From the NCBI GenBank assembly GCA_047601445.1, contig JASGJH010000001.1, positions 4,320,001 to 4,384,000 of the forward strand: DNA of 64,000 nt. Reading direction: 5' to 3'. Source of the DNA: Myxococcales bacterium (GTDB lineage: Bacteria > Myxococcota_A > Polyangia > Polyangiales > DASUME01). The notes beneath the pieces were generated by a model, which worked only from the letters and a program-made list of their open reading frames with translations, made no database searches and had not been told where the DNA came from. The translations under genes were made by a program, and so were the position numbers. This document shows, in pieces, positions 1 through 10,434 of this stretch. Positions within the stretch are counted from its first letter, which is position 1. The number at the start of each line of letters is the position of its first letter.

Positions 1-173
1 TCTTCGGGCGCCAGACGATCTGTGCCTTCGCACCCAGTGATCTCGATGGCGCGCTGGCGTTCCTGGCGCAACACGACGGGGCCTTGCCGCGCGCCACGGT
101 GGTCGAAGTGATGGGCGACTCGACGCTCCAATTGGGCTTGAAGCCGCCGCCATGGTTCACCAGCGCGGCCTGA
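1..173 (+). CDS. 3' end of a hypothetical protein (partial, begins before the window)
   Basis: Frame 3 is open from base 3 to TGA at 171-173 (FGRQTICAFAPSDLDGALAFLAQ...) with GC3-rich codons. Confidence 0.45.
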   Translation, partial: FGRQTICAFAPSDLDGALAFLAQHDGALPRATVVEVMGDSTLQLGLKPPPWFTSAA

Positions 174-227
174 ACGTCGAGTACGGGGCCCAAGCCGTAC
201 GAAGGACCCACGACGCCGCGCTTGGGG

Positions 228-731
228 TCAGCTGATCTTCGCCGCGAGGAGCTCGTCGAGCTGATCGAAGGTCTCGCAGGTGCCTGGAATCACTCCGGAC
301 GCCAGCGCTTCGTCGAGGGCCTCCTTGGACGGGTGGAGCTCGTGCAACGTCAGCGTGGTCCTCCCGGCTTTCTCGGTGAACGTCGCCGTGCTGACGAAAT
401 CGCCCGCGTCCGCGTTGGTCCAGACGAGACGCGCCGGCCGCTGAACCTCCAAATACGTTCCGTAAAATTCCATGGTCTTGGGGCCCTCGACCGCGAACAC
501 ATAGCGATACTGTCCGCCGACGCGAAGGTCGATCTCACAGGAGACGAGCTTGATGCCGAACGAACGCGGCGCCCACCAGCGCGTCACGAGCTCGGGCTTC
601 GTCCACGCATCGAACACCACCTCCGCGGGGCCGTTGAAGGTCCGCGTGACGACGAGCTCGCAGTCCGACTTGCGCTCGATGGTGGTCTGATTCTTCGTCA
701 CCGGCTCACTTGCGTTTTTTTCGACCTGCAT
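228..731 (-). CDS. SRPBCC/AHSA1 (START-like) domain protein
   Basis: Typical motifs ELVVTRTFNGPAEVVFDAWTKPELVTRWW, DLRVGGQYRY and C-terminal DQLDELLA. Overlaps the upstream ArsR gene, the usual ArsR-SRPBCC pairing. Confidence 0.9.
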   Translation of the reverse strand: MQVEKNASEPVTKNQTTIERKSDCELVVTRTFNGPAEVVFDAWTKPELVTRWWAPRSFGIKLVSCEIDLRVGGQYRYVFAVEGPKTMEFYGTYLEVQRPARLVWTNADAGDFVSTATFTEKAGRTTLTLHELHPSKEALDEALASGVIPGTCETFDQLDELLAAKIS

Positions 732-1048
732 GACCCTTCTCCGCTTTCATTTCCTCGATGAGCTCGTCCAGAGCCTCGAAGCGTCCGTCCCAGAGTTGGC
801 GATAGCGCTCGAGCCAGTCGTGAATCTCACGGAGCGGCTCCGGACGCAGCGCATAGAGCCGCTGCTGCGCGCGCGCTTCGACCCGCACGAACCCCGCGTC
901 TTTCAGCAGCTTGAGGTGCTTCGACACCTGGGGTTGGTTCAGCTGGAGCTTCTCGCCGATTCTCGTTCACCACGCAAGGCCCCGCACGTAGGAGCTCCAC
1001 GATGCGATAGCGATTCGGCTCGCCCAGTAAGGCAAACGTCTCGTTCAC
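706..1048 (-). pseudogene. ArsR/SmtB-family transcriptional regulator, frameshifted near 960 (pseudogene or sequencing indel)
   Basis: N-terminal part MNETFALLGEPNRYRIVELL (ORF 827-1048) and C-terminal part SKHLKLLKDAGFVRVEARAQQRLYAL (ORF 706-927) are in different frames. Removing one base near 960-961 gives a continuous ...VNEIGEKLQLNQPQVSKHL... Confidence 0.85.
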
Positions 1049-1056
1049 ACCCTCGT

Positions 1057-1076
1057 ATATGCCCTACGCGGCATAT
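1057..1076. promoter_or_regulatory. Inverted repeat ATATGCC-N6-GGCATAT, probable ArsR autoregulatory operator
   Basis: Perfect 7-6-7 palindrome a few bases upstream of the arsR GTG start at 1048. Confidence 0.6.
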
Positions 1077-1256
1077 GCCTGTCAATGCATGTTGTGGCGA
1101 TTTCGGTCGGAGCGCAGTGCACGCGGTTCCGGCAGCGTGCAGTGCGTGGCGGGGTTGTGCACTGATCGGGCGCCCGCGTCGCGCTGAGCCCCACGGGGAC
1201 TCGAGGCGTGAGGCGAACGCGGCTGCAGAGGGGCTAAACTCCAGGAGGGAGGCACC

Positions 1257-2054
1257 ATGCCGGAGTCTCACGTGCCCAGCAAGCAGCCGGGCGACGACTG
1301 TTTTGTCGCCCTGGCAGAGTCCATCGACGAGCTGGTGTTCGTCTGGACCACGGACGGGCAGCTCCTGTGGGCGAACGAAGTGTTTGCCCGGGAGACAGGC
1401 ATGCGCGCCGACGACTTCGGCTTCGACAACCGCGACAACCCCTTCATCCACCCGGACGATCTAAAACGTGTACTGACCCAGCTCGATGTCTTCTTCAACT
1501 CAGACGCACGGCGTTCTCCTCCCATCGAGAATCGCTTCATCGACCTCTGGGGACGCACGCGTCACCTCAGCTCCATCGTCCACAAGATCACATGGAAAGG
1601 GGAGCCCGCTCTGTTGTTTTCTGCGTCCCTCCAGCGGGAGCGCGATGGACGGAACGAGAGTGACGTCATCCATCAGCAGCTAGTGGAGGCAGCGAGTGAG
1701 CTCATCTTGAGGCTCGATCCTTCGGGGCGCATCGTGTACTCGACTCGACGTTTTCAGCATCTAATCGGACTCCCCGTCGTGATCATCGCCAAGCGTCAGC
1801 TACAGGACTTCCTGGAACCCGACGATCGCGGACAGTTCGAGAATGCGCTACGTCGCGTACAGCAAGTCGACACCTCGGTGAGCCTCGAGCTCAGCCTGCG
1901 TTCGGCCTCGGAGGGCGTGCGACGCATGAGCGCCAAGCTCACTCGGCTCGCGGATCGCGCCACACCGTGCTTGCTGGTACTGCGCGACGTCACCGAGCTG
2001 CGAAGACTCGAAGCCGCGCTCGAACATGGCGACAAGAATCGCCCTACTGGCTGA
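1257..2054 (+). CDS. Tandem PAS-domain sensor protein with no output domain
   Basis: Strong RBS (GGAGG). Two PAS-like segments (IHPDD; LEPDD ... LRDVTE). Stops shortly after the PAC coiled coil. Confidence 0.8.
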   Translation: MPESHVPSKQPGDDCFVALAESIDELVFVWTTDGQLLWANEVFARETGMRADDFGFDNRDNPFIHPDDLKRVLTQLDVFFNSDARRSPPIENRFIDLWGRTRHLSSIVHKITWKGEPALLFSASLQRERDGRNESDVIHQQLVEAASELILRLDPSGRIVYSTRRFQHLIGLPVVIIAKRQLQDFLEPDDRGQFENALRRVQQVDTSVSLELSLRSASEGVRRMSAKLTRLADRATPCLLVLRDVTELRRLEAALEHGDKNRPTG

Positions 2055-2141
2055 AGTGGTGAACGGGCTGGCCCGCTCCCGAGTAGGGCCGGGCACACCG
2101 GCTGGGCATGAGGCGAAGGAGGCGCTCACCCCGTCAAGGGC

Positions 2142-3860
2142 ATGGCGTTTGCTCTGTACTGCTCCCGCAGGAGTACGGTGGCACAACTTGACACTTCGTT
2201 GCACGCACGGCGCTCGCGCGTCGTCGCCGCAGGCTTCGCTTTGCTCGTGGCCGGACTCGTTGCTGCGCAAGTCGTGCTGGTGGGTGATTGGCGAGTCGAC
2301 GACTCCTACATCACGTTCGCCTTCTCGAAGAATCTCGCCCTCGGTCGCGGGGCCATCTATAGCCACGACGTTCGTGTCGAAGGGTACACGAACTTTCTTT
2401 GGATGGTCCTCAACGCGGTGCCGATCGGGCTGTGCCCGGACGCGGACCCCATCTGGGCGGCGCGTGTGCTCGCCTTCGTGTTCCTGGCGGTATTGCTGTG
2501 GAGTGTGTACGAGCTCGGCAAAACGCTGCTGCCGACGTCCTGGGCCATCCTTCCAGTGGTCCTGCTGGCGTGCTGGACTGACCTCTCCCGGGCTGCTTTG
2601 TCGGGCCTGGAAACGGTGCCCCATGCCGCGCTCCTTTCAGTCGGTGTCCTCTTCTACTCCCGCGAGGCGGTGAGCCAGCGTCGGGACTCACTCTGGTGGT
2701 TCATGCTCGCCGCGCTGATGCGGATCAGTAGCATCACGCACCTGGCGTTCGTTTTGTCGTTCGAGGCGGCATGGTGCTGCACGCCGCGGGGCATGTCCGT
2801 TCGCTCCGTCGCGCGCTGGGCGTTGCCACCGTTGCTGGTGTTCGGCGCCTACTTTCTGTGGCGTTGGTCGTACTACGGCCTGCCGCTGCCAACGACGTAC
2901 TACGCCAAGAACCTGGCCGCAGCGAGAGAGCCCCTACGCGGACTGCAATACCTCACCGACGCTGTGAGCGACCTCGGCGGATACTGGGTAGCGCTCCCGG
3001 TGACCCTCGCGGTCGTGAGGCACCCCGACGTTCGCAAAGGATTCTTGGCGGCGTTGATCGCCGCGGAAGTCGCGACGGTGGTGCACGTGAAGGGCGACTG
3101 GATGCCTTTCAATCGCTTCTGGATCCCGATCGGAGGCCCACTCGCAGTCTTGTTCTTGGTTGGTTTGAGAGAGCTTTGGGTATGGGCAGCATCGCGGGCG
3201 AAGTTGCCGCGACGCGCACTCGAGGCAGGGACGGCGGTCGTGTACATGGCGGTCATTCTGCACGTGGACTCGCACGTCGTATTCACGGACGAGGAGGCTG
3301 CAAAGCTGCGGCGGGCAGCCCGCGAAAAGACGCACACCATGCGGAACCTCCTGGCGAACTGGCGCTTTCTCGCGGCGATCACGCGCCAACCTGGCGATCT
3401 ACTCGTCACCGACTACGGTGGAGTCGTCGGATACTATACCGACGCCAGCGTCATCGAGATGTGGGGGCTGTGCAATCGAGAGATCGCTCTGCGGGGCAAC
3501 ATCGAGGGCATCAATCCCATTTTTGGGAAGACGTGTGTGGCCTGCTACGCCGAGTTCGAGCCGGACTACTTGCACACCAAGACGCCTCTCGTCCGCGACG
3601 CGAACGCCTTTGCAAACCAGACCCAGGTCGTTCGTGCAGTCTTCCAAGGACCGGCACTCGACCGCGTCCTCGACTTCGAGCGCAACTACGTGACTGGGCG
3701 GGTGCTCAACCGAAAGGGGAAACGCGCTCTGTTCTTCCTGGAGCGTCGCAGGCCAGGCAGGATCCTGGCGACTCGACGACACTCGAACGGCGTGTATGTC
3801 GACTATCCTTTCGAACAGCAGCGACAAGTTGACCATTCCCTTAATTCGGAAGCAAGGTGA
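2142..3860 (+). CDS. Polytopic membrane protein, GT-C (arabinosyl/mannosyltransferase-like) family
   Basis: Motifs DDSYITF, VEGYTNFLW, SGLET, YYGLPLPTTYYAK, GDWMPFNRF and DMWGL-like; many TM helices. Confidence 0.75.
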   Translation: MAFALYCSRRSTVAQLDTSLHARRSRVVAAGFALLVAGLVAAQVVLVGDWRVDDSYITFAFSKNLALGRGAIYSHDVRVEGYTNFLWMVLNAVPIGLCPDADPIWAARVLAFVFLAVLLWSVYELGKTLLPTSWAILPVVLLACWTDLSRAALSGLETVPHAALLSVGVLFYSREAVSQRRDSLWWFMLAALMRISSITHLAFVLSFEAAWCCTPRGMSVRSVARWALPPLLVFGAYFLWRWSYYGLPLPTTYYAKNLAAAREPLRGLQYLTDAVSDLGGYWVALPVTLAVVRHPDVRKGFLAALIAAEVATVVHVKGDWMPFNRFWIPIGGPLAVLFLVGLRELWVWAASRAKLPRRALEAGTAVVYMAVILHVDSHVVFTDEEAAKLRRAAREKTHTMRNLLANWRFLAAITRQPGDLLVTDYGGVVGYYTDASVIEMWGLCNREIALRGNIEGINPIFGKTCVACYAEFEPDYLHTKTPLVRDANAFANQTQVVRAVFQGPALDRVLDFERNYVTGRVLNRKGKRALFFLERRRPGRILATRRHSNGVYVDYPFEQQRQVDHSLNSEAR

Positions 3861-3876
3861 GGCTTCGCGTGGAGAG

Positions 3877-4635
3877 TCACGCCGTGCGTTGCACGCGGCC
3901 CGTGGCGCTGAGGGGTGCCCCGATCCGTCGGTCGTCAACCAGGCGCTTCGTGACCCTTCCGGCGAACTCCTCGGTCACGACGTACACGTGCACGTCCTTG
4001 CTCGCCGAGCGGAGCTTGCCCTTTTGCAGGGCGAGACGCTCCGTGGTCACCTTGTAGAACGGACGCTTGAGGATTGGCTCGAGCGCAGCCCTGAACGCAG
4101 GCTTCAAAAAAGGCAACGTGCACTTCACGCTGTCGCGTAGGACCGTGACCGTGGCGTCCAGGGCTCCGCGATCGTGCGCGCAGTAGGCAAGACACTGCAG
4201 AGCCTTCATGAAGACGAAGGCCTCGAAGTCCGGGGCCTCGAACGTTGCCTCATCGCTATCGTGCTCGATGTGCACGACTGGGCTCGGCTTGCCACGTGCC
4301 GCGAGGCTGGGAACCCATCCCCACTCATTGCCAGCGGCGCCCTGCGCGAAGGCAACGAACGCAGGCCAACGTGGGCGGTCGGACGGCTTGCCTCGATGTG
4401 CCGCCGCTCGCCGCAGAATCTCCTCCGGCGCGAGCCATTCCAGGTCGGGGTGAGCCTTCAGCACGTGAGGCTTGGGCGCTCCGAGTCGCTGCCCGTTCTT
4501 TCGCCCCCCTTCCGCCGTCCTGCTGCGGAGGAGACCGCGGGCCGACATTCGTTCATAGCAGGGAGACACCACCACGCCGTAGTGCTGCTTCAGTTCGCTC
4601 ACGAGGTTTGCGGGCATCGCGCGCAACCTTACCAT
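3877..4635 (-). CDS. Hypothetical protein with an SMI1/KNR4 (SUKH)-like region
   Basis: FVAFAQGAAGNEWGW...PVVHIEHD...APDFEAFV resembles the SUKH core. Start is uncertain. Confidence 0.5.
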   Translation of the reverse strand: MVRLRAMPANLVSELKQHYGVVVSPCYERMSARGLLRSRTAEGGRKNGQRLGAPKPHVLKAHPDLEWLAPEEILRRAAAHRGKPSDRPRWPAFVAFAQGAAGNEWGWVPSLAARGKPSPVVHIEHDSDEATFEAPDFEAFVFMKALQCLAYCAHDRGALDATVTVLRDSVKCTLPFLKPAFRAALEPILKRPFYKVTTERLALQKGKLRSASKDVHVYVVTEEFAGRVTKRLVDDRRIGAPLSATGRVQRTA

Positions 4636-4662
4636 GGGATCGCGTTCGGACGCCCTCCACGT

Positions 4663-5681
4663 TCATCGCTCGCGCACGCCGAGGGCTCGCTTCGCACGAG
4701 CGGACAAGAGCGCCGTTTCGTGCGTGACCTGTCCGTCATGCGTGCGCCCCAACCAAATCGGGTCGTGATTGCGGCGTGCCGGGAAGAACAGCACCAAGGA
4801 GCCGGTGTCCTTGCGGTACCAGAGCTCGAACGCGTGGGCTTCGTCGTTCTTGTAAAACGTCTGCAGCGCCTCACGGGCGCTTTCCAGGGCCGCGCCCTCG
4901 AGGCGACCGTCGGAAGGCAGGCTGCGATTCTTGTTGCGGGCGCAAACGGGCCACCACGGAGGCGGCTTCGGCGAGTGCAGCCTGTTGGGCCGTCTGCGCC
5001 CGATCCGGTCGGGCTTCACTGCGCAGCTGGACGCGGGTGCGCGTCGCGAAGGACACGATGGGGTCGCGCCGCCGCTCGATGCGATAGACGGCAAAGCCCA
5101 CCGAGAGCAGGCCGACAACGAACAACGCGGAGAGCCTGCGCGGAGCGTGCTCCTGGTGGAAATGGATCACGCTGGTGACGATGGGCATCAGGAACATCAG
5201 CACTACCACCGCCTCCGCGAGCAGGGAACCCAGCGCGATCGGCATGTAGTCGTCCAGCGCGAGCTCCGGCGGACACACCCGCAGGTACTGCACCACCAAG
5301 GACACGACCAGAAAGCAGAACGCTGGCCAGGTGTAGCCCTTGTAGAGCCAGAACTCGTCGCGCGCGCTTCGGTTGAAGAGCCAATAGGGCGCGAGCAGCG
5401 GGTACAGCACGTAGTACAAGAAGGTCCGCGGAGGATGCTCGCTGTAGAACGCCTGAAACGCCAGTTCGTTCGAGAACACGCGGCACAGCAGCGGGCGGCC
5501 CCCCAGCGTCCTGCGCGCGGTCTCTCCGAGCAAGAACACGCCAAGGGCAGCCCCCACCTGCACGATGGCTCCGGTCACCGGAAAGAGCTGCGCCGCGAAC
5601 ACCACCCAGAAACGGGGCCGCGGCGAAGAAGCTCAGGCGCAGGGCGAAATCGAGGCTGCGGCGAAACGTATCGAGCTGCAC
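4663..5681 (-). pseudogene. Multi-TM hypothetical membrane protein with two apparent frameshifts (~5605 and ~4920)
   Basis: Plausible protein is spread over three frames: MQLDTFRRSLDFALRLSFF (from 5681), TM core (ORF 4871-5605) and C-terminus AREALQTFYKNDEAHAFELW (ORF ending 4663). Confidence 0.6.
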
Positions 5682-5753
5682 AGTGGGGCCACGACTCTAT
5701 CACGTCGACACGGACGATATGCGGCCCTCATCGTCGACACCGCGCACCTCCAC

Positions 5754-7644
5754 TCAACGTCCGAGCTTGAAGCTCGCGCTGCCCTTGGCTTCGGCCTTGA
5801 CGGTGGGCGCCTTGATTCTCAGGTCCCTTGAGCTTGACGCCCGCTCGAGCCTTGCCCTGCCCCTTGGCATCGCCGGCAGCGGCTGCCAGCGCTTTACCGT
5901 TGGCCTCGAGCTTGGCGTCCGCGTCGAGCTTGGCCTTGGCCTTGGCCTCCAGCTTCGCCTTGGGGCCATGCAGGTCGAGCGCATGATGTGCATCCACGCC
6001 AGGCGTACCAATCACGGCAGCGGCGTCGAGTTCGGGCGCGTCCACATTCCAGCTCGCGCGCGCTTCCGCCGCCGCCTGGAGGTTCGGCGGATTCACGTGG
6101 ATGGCATGACCGAGTTGAAGGCCCCACTTGGCGTCGAGTTCGCCCCGTGCACGCGGCGGCTTCACGGCGAATACGGTCGCTAGCCTACCCTTCACTTCGG
6201 CGCCCAGGATGGCCTTGGCTGCGAGCTTCGGAGGGCGCATATAGAAGGCCACCTTGCCGCGCGGCGGGGCCACGTTGGCGCTGGCCTTGGCCTGCCAGTC
6301 CAGGCTCGGAGCGCCGATCCAAAGGGCGCGCGCCGAGGCCGTGAACTTGGGGGTCGGCGGCGTGAAGAACTTGAACTTGAGCTTGGCGTCGAGATCCGCG
6401 CTCGGAACGGCAGGCGGCGTGACCTTCGCATAGAACTCCGGCACCACCACGCCCACGAACGTCGCGTTCATCCGCCCGCGGGGATGGTGCAGGTAGTACG
6501 AAAAGCGCAGGGGCTCGAAGTAGGCACTGGCGACGAGATCGAAACGCTTGGGCCAGAGTACGGCGGCCTGCACGCGCGGCTCCACCTTGGCCCAGGCTTC
6601 GACGTCCGGATGGCGCACGTACAGGTCACCTGCCAACACGGCGTGCGATAGATAGGCCTGGCTCAAGTATTCCAGGCGCAGTGCGGTCAGGTACGACGCC
6701 TCGAGGTCGAGCGCCGCCTCCGGCAGGGTTGCTTCGTAGTGGGGAGTCGCGTTCGCTTGGGCATCGGCTGCAGCGGTCGTCTCGAACTTGGCGAGTGGTG
6801 CGCTCAGGTTACCGACCACGCCGTAGCTGGCCTCGAGCTCCGACGCGAGCTTCGCCATGGCATCTCCGTGAAGGGCGATGGTGGCATCCGCATTGAGACC
6901 CGCTTCGGCCTGGTCGCGCCATGCTCCCCAGTTGTCCTCGCGGAATGCCACCGGAGCGGCCAGGGTGCCGGCCCCCTCGAGAGCCACCGCGTGGTTGGCT
7001 TCGAGTGTGATGGGAGCATTGAGGGCGGCCGCTCCGGCCACGGACAACGCGCCCTCTTCCACACCGACGCGAGCGTCGCCATCCGCCGCGACACCGACGC
7101 CGAACACCGTGCCCTTGGTGGCGACGATGCCTGCCGACGTGAACACCACAAAGGGTCCTTCTCCGGGCATACGAGGCGTGACGCTGAAGCGAGCCACTCC
7201 ACCTAGCACGGCGGCCGACGAGGCCGGATCGGCCGTGCTCACGCGACTTCCGATCGAAAGGGTGGAGACTTCGGCGATCTCCGCGGTGCTCTGATCCGCG
7301 AACAACACCGTCGCACGCGCGTGGTCGCCTACCCGCACTTGGTCGCCGAGATAGAGCGCCTGATGGGGCTTCGCCGCGCCGAACGCTTCCTCTCCCAATC
7401 GCCGCACCTCCACGGAGCCATCGACCCCTGCGAGAACGGCCAGGGCTCCTTCCGAGTGTTGGATGCCGCCCGCTTCGATGCCGACTTGTGACACCAGCGC
7501 CGACGCGGCCGCAGCGGCCATCACGTCGTTGGTTGGAGCTTCGGCGCCAGCGCGCGTTGCGGCGTCGTCACCGCATCCGCAGAGAGCTGCCGAGGCTGCG
7601 ACCATCGTCGTCAACATGGTTTGCAATGGGGCTTTGGTTCTCAT
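5754..7644 (-). CDS. FecR-domain lipoprotein with Ala/Lys-rich C-terminal tail (probable frameshift ~5820)
   Basis: Lipobox-like AALCGC and FecR motifs (LYLGDQVRVG, ATKGTVFGV, VGVEEGAL). The tail IKAPTVKAEAKGSASFKLGR continues in another frame to the stop at 5754; the unshifted ORF ends at 5728. Confidence 0.75.
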
Positions 7645-7897
7645 GCCGCGCACTGTCGATCCCAACGCAAGACCACCGAAAGGTCCGACGCGGGAAAAGC
7701 CCGCAGGTGCGAGCACGTTTTCCCCGAGCACGCCCCCTGTGCGATGCCCGATGCTTCGCAATGAAAGTCGATGCTTGCGCGACACCGCGGATGGCGCGGG
7801 CCGAATGTAAAAGGTTGTCGCGCGGTCCGAAATGCAAGCCAGGTCGCAACTGTGCCTTGCGCTTGAAGCCTACCGATCCGCTTGGTACGAGCCCGGC

Positions 7898-8362
7898 ATG
7901 TCCTCCAACAGCACGTACACGATCCGAAGGCTCGTCGCTCGCGATACGGAGCTCGTGCACGGAATGCTCACCATGTTCGGCGAGGCCTTCGAAGACGTGG
8001 AGAGCTACGGAAAGGCCCGCCCGAGCGCGGCATACCTGGACCGGCTGCTGGCTGGAGAGTCGTTCATGGCGCTGGTGGCCTTGAAGGACGACGAGGTCGT
8101 GGGCGGGCTCGCCGCCTATGAGCTACGCAAGTTCGAGCAGGAGCGCAGCGAGATCTACATCTACGACCTGGCAGTCGCGGCTCCTCATCGGCGACAGGGC
8201 ATCGCCGAGACGTTGATCCGTGAGCTGGGCAAGCTCGCAAGGGATCGCGGTGCCTACGTGGTGTTCGTCCAGGCCGACCTCATCGATGCTCCTGCCATCG
8301 CGCTGTACACGAAGCTCGGCACCCGCGAGGACGTGCTCCATTTCGATTTGCGGGTGGTCTAG
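7898..8362 (+). CDS. AAC(3)-I family aminoglycoside 3-N-acetyltransferase (GNAT)
   Basis: Family-typical motifs MFGEAFED..SY...PS..YL..LL, GGLAAYELRKFEQERSEIYIYDLAV...HRRQGIA and VQAD..DAPAIALYTKLG.REDVLHFD. Confidence 0.85.
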   Translation: MSSNSTYTIRRLVARDTELVHGMLTMFGEAFEDVESYGKARPSAAYLDRLLAGESFMALVALKDDEVVGGLAAYELRKFEQERSEIYIYDLAVAAPHRRQGIAETLIRELGKLARDRGAYVVFVQADLIDAPAIALYTKLGTREDVLHFDLRVV

Positions 8363-8379
8363 GCGACGCAGCCGCTCCC

Positions 8380-8865
8380 TCAGCTCGGAGGCCGCGGCGT
8401 CCAACGATATTGCACGAAGGAAGTGGCCTCGGCGACGCGGTCGTAGAGGGCTCTCGCAGTCGCGTTTTCAGCCTGCGTGACCCAGTACACACGGGCTGCT
8501 CCCTGGCTCGAGGCCGCGCGGTACACGGCCTCCACCAAGGCGTACCCGGCCCCCCTACCCCGGGCCGCGGGGTCCACGAAGAGGTCCTCCAGGTAGCAAT
8601 AGCCACCTGTTGCCCAGGTCGAGAGGTGGAAGTGGTAGATAGCAAAGCCCAACACTTGTTCGTCCGGGCCCACGGCAGCCAATCCATGGGGCTGATCGTT
8701 CGGGTCGAGCAAGCGGCGCCAGGTGTGCTCGGTGACTTCGTCAGGCAGTGTGCAGCCGTAGAACTCCAGGTAGCCGTTCCACAACTCCCGCCAACGAGGC
8801 GCATCGGCGGCGGACAAGAGGCGTACACTGATCGACTGCATGCGTACGGTGTCGTCAAGGGCCAT
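8380..8865 (-). CDS. GNAT family N-acetyltransferase
   Basis: WRELWNGYLEFY, YCYLEDLFVDPAARGRGAG, RVYWVTQAENATARALYD. Start is 8865 or 8841. Confidence 0.9.
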   Translation of the reverse strand: MALDDTVRMQSISVRLLSAADAPRWRELWNGYLEFYGCTLPDEVTEHTWRRLLDPNDQPHGLAAVGPDEQVLGFAIYHFHLSTWATGGYCYLEDLFVDPAARGRGAGYALVEAVYRAASSQGAARVYWVTQAENATARALYDRVAEATSFVQYRWTPRPPS

Positions 8866-9068
8866 GGTGCCGAAAGCAAAGCGCGATGTGCCCAATGTGC
8901 AAGCCGGGTCCTGGCCTGAGCACACGCAGTCTCACCTGTGTCTACCCGTCCGACCTTCCGCTGGGGCTTCCCAGGCCGGTATGATCCCGCTCCCAAGGGA
9001 GGTCGCCGTACTGGTCCGTGCTCCGCGCACCGGAGCGCTTCGAGTCCGCTGCGATCGAAGGAGACGCG

Positions 9069-9821
9069 ATGACACTGTCACGACGACTGACGGCAGAGGC
9101 ATTTGGAACGTTCTGGTTGGTGTTCGGAGGCTGCGGTAGCGCGGTCCTGGCAGCTGGTTTTCCCAAGGTGGGCATCGGCTTGCTGGGGGTCTCGCTGGCC
9201 TTCGGTCTGACCGTGCTCACGATGGCCTACGCCATCGGGCACGTCTCGGGTTGTCACCTCAATCCAGCCGTATCGGTCGGGCTCGCGCTGGGCAAGCGCT
9301 TCCCGATGGCCGAGGTACCTGCCTATGTGGCGGCCCAGGTCGTGGGCGCCATCGCCGCAAGCGGGGTGCTGTACGTGATCGCCAGTGGCGCCGACGGCTT
9401 CAGCCTGGCGGGCGGGTTCGCTTCCAATGGCTACGGTGAGCACTCCCCCGGCGGCTACTCGCTGATGGCTGCACTGGTCGCAGAGGTGGTTCTCACCTTC
9501 TTTTTTCTGATGGTAATCCTTGGGTCCACCGATGCGCGGGCACCCGCGGGCTTCGCCCCGCTGCCGATCGGCCTGGGGCTGACCTTGATCCACTTGATCG
9601 GCATCCCCGTCACGAACCTCTCCGTGAACCCTGCGCGCAGCACCGGCCCAGCCCTATTCGTGGGCGACTGGGCTCTCTCGCAGCTGTGGCTCTTCTGGGT
9701 CGCACCGATCGTCGGCGCTGCGCTCGCTGCGCTGGTCTACCGGTCACTGTTCGAGGCACAGGCCCAAGCGCCTCGAGATGTCCGCGATGCCGAGAGCGGG
9801 TCGACGTCACGCGCGGCCTGA
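9069..9821 (+). CDS. aqpZ: Aquaporin Z
   Basis: [21 protein letters not shown]; two NPA motifs ([16 protein letters not shown]); RBS AAGGAG upstream. Confidence 0.95.
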   Translation: MTLSRRLTAEAFGTFWLVFGGCGSAVLAAGFPKVGIGLLGVSLAFGLTVLTMAYAIGHVSGCHLNPAVSVGLALGKRFPMAEVPAYVAAQVVGAIAASGVLYVIASGADGFSLAGGFASNGYGEHSPGGYSLMAALVAEVVLTFFFLMVILGSTDARAPAGFAPLPIGLGLTLIHLIGIPVTNLSVNPARSTGPALFVGDWALSQLWLFWVAPIVGAALAALVYRSLFEAQAQAPRDVRDAESGSTSRAA

Positions 9822-9909
9822 GGCCCGGTCGCCTGCCGTGCTCTCGAGTGACGCAACTCCGCAGCGGATCGCCGCCACGGGGAGCGCCACTCGGAGCGGC
9901 TTGGCCAGT

Positions 9910-10434
9910 TCACGGCGTGCGCAGGGGATAACCCATCGCGTTGTATGCCACGCCATCCACGGTCACCGCTCGCACCGACGCGTCGAGCTCGTTGGCGCGA
10001 ACATAACCGATGGCTCCGCGCAACTTGGACACGGCCGCGCGCACGACCACGCTGGAGGGCGCGATGCGCGGCGGGAGTCCCTGGCCGCGGATGCGGCGAT
10101 CGATCCAGTAGCGACCGGCATCGTCGCCCATGAAGCCGAGCAGGGTCGCGTCGAAGGAGCGCCGCATGGGATGGTCCGCGGCGTAGTTGAGCGGGACGAA
10201 GCGCGTGCCGTCGTACTCGGTGACCTCACCGAGGAAGATGCGCTTCAAGAGCGCCCTGGGGAGGTCGCGAATGCCCGACTGGGCCGACACGATCACCACC
10301 AAGGGGACAGGACTACCCACGTTCGGCTGAGCCGAAGCGAGCGTGTGCGGGCCTTCGACCAGAACGGTAGCCAGCACGAGTCCCAGCATCATGAGTTTCA
10401 GGAAGTGGAAGAAGGTACGCATCAGAATGCCCAC
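9910..10434 (-). CDS. Periplasmic phosphate-binding-protein-like small protein
   Basis: Signal peptide; LKRIFLG, ...GAIGYV...VRAVTVDG. Lies downstream of the porin, a common porin-PBP pair. Confidence 0.7.
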   Translation of the reverse strand: MGILMRTFFHFLKLMMLGLVLATVLVEGPHTLASAQPNVGSPVPLVVIVSAQSGIRDLPRALLKRIFLGEVTEYDGTRFVPLNYAADHPMRRSFDATLLGFMGDDAGRYWIDRRIRGQGLPPRIAPSSVVVRAAVSKLRGAIGYVRANELDASVRAVTVDGVAYNAMGYPLRTP

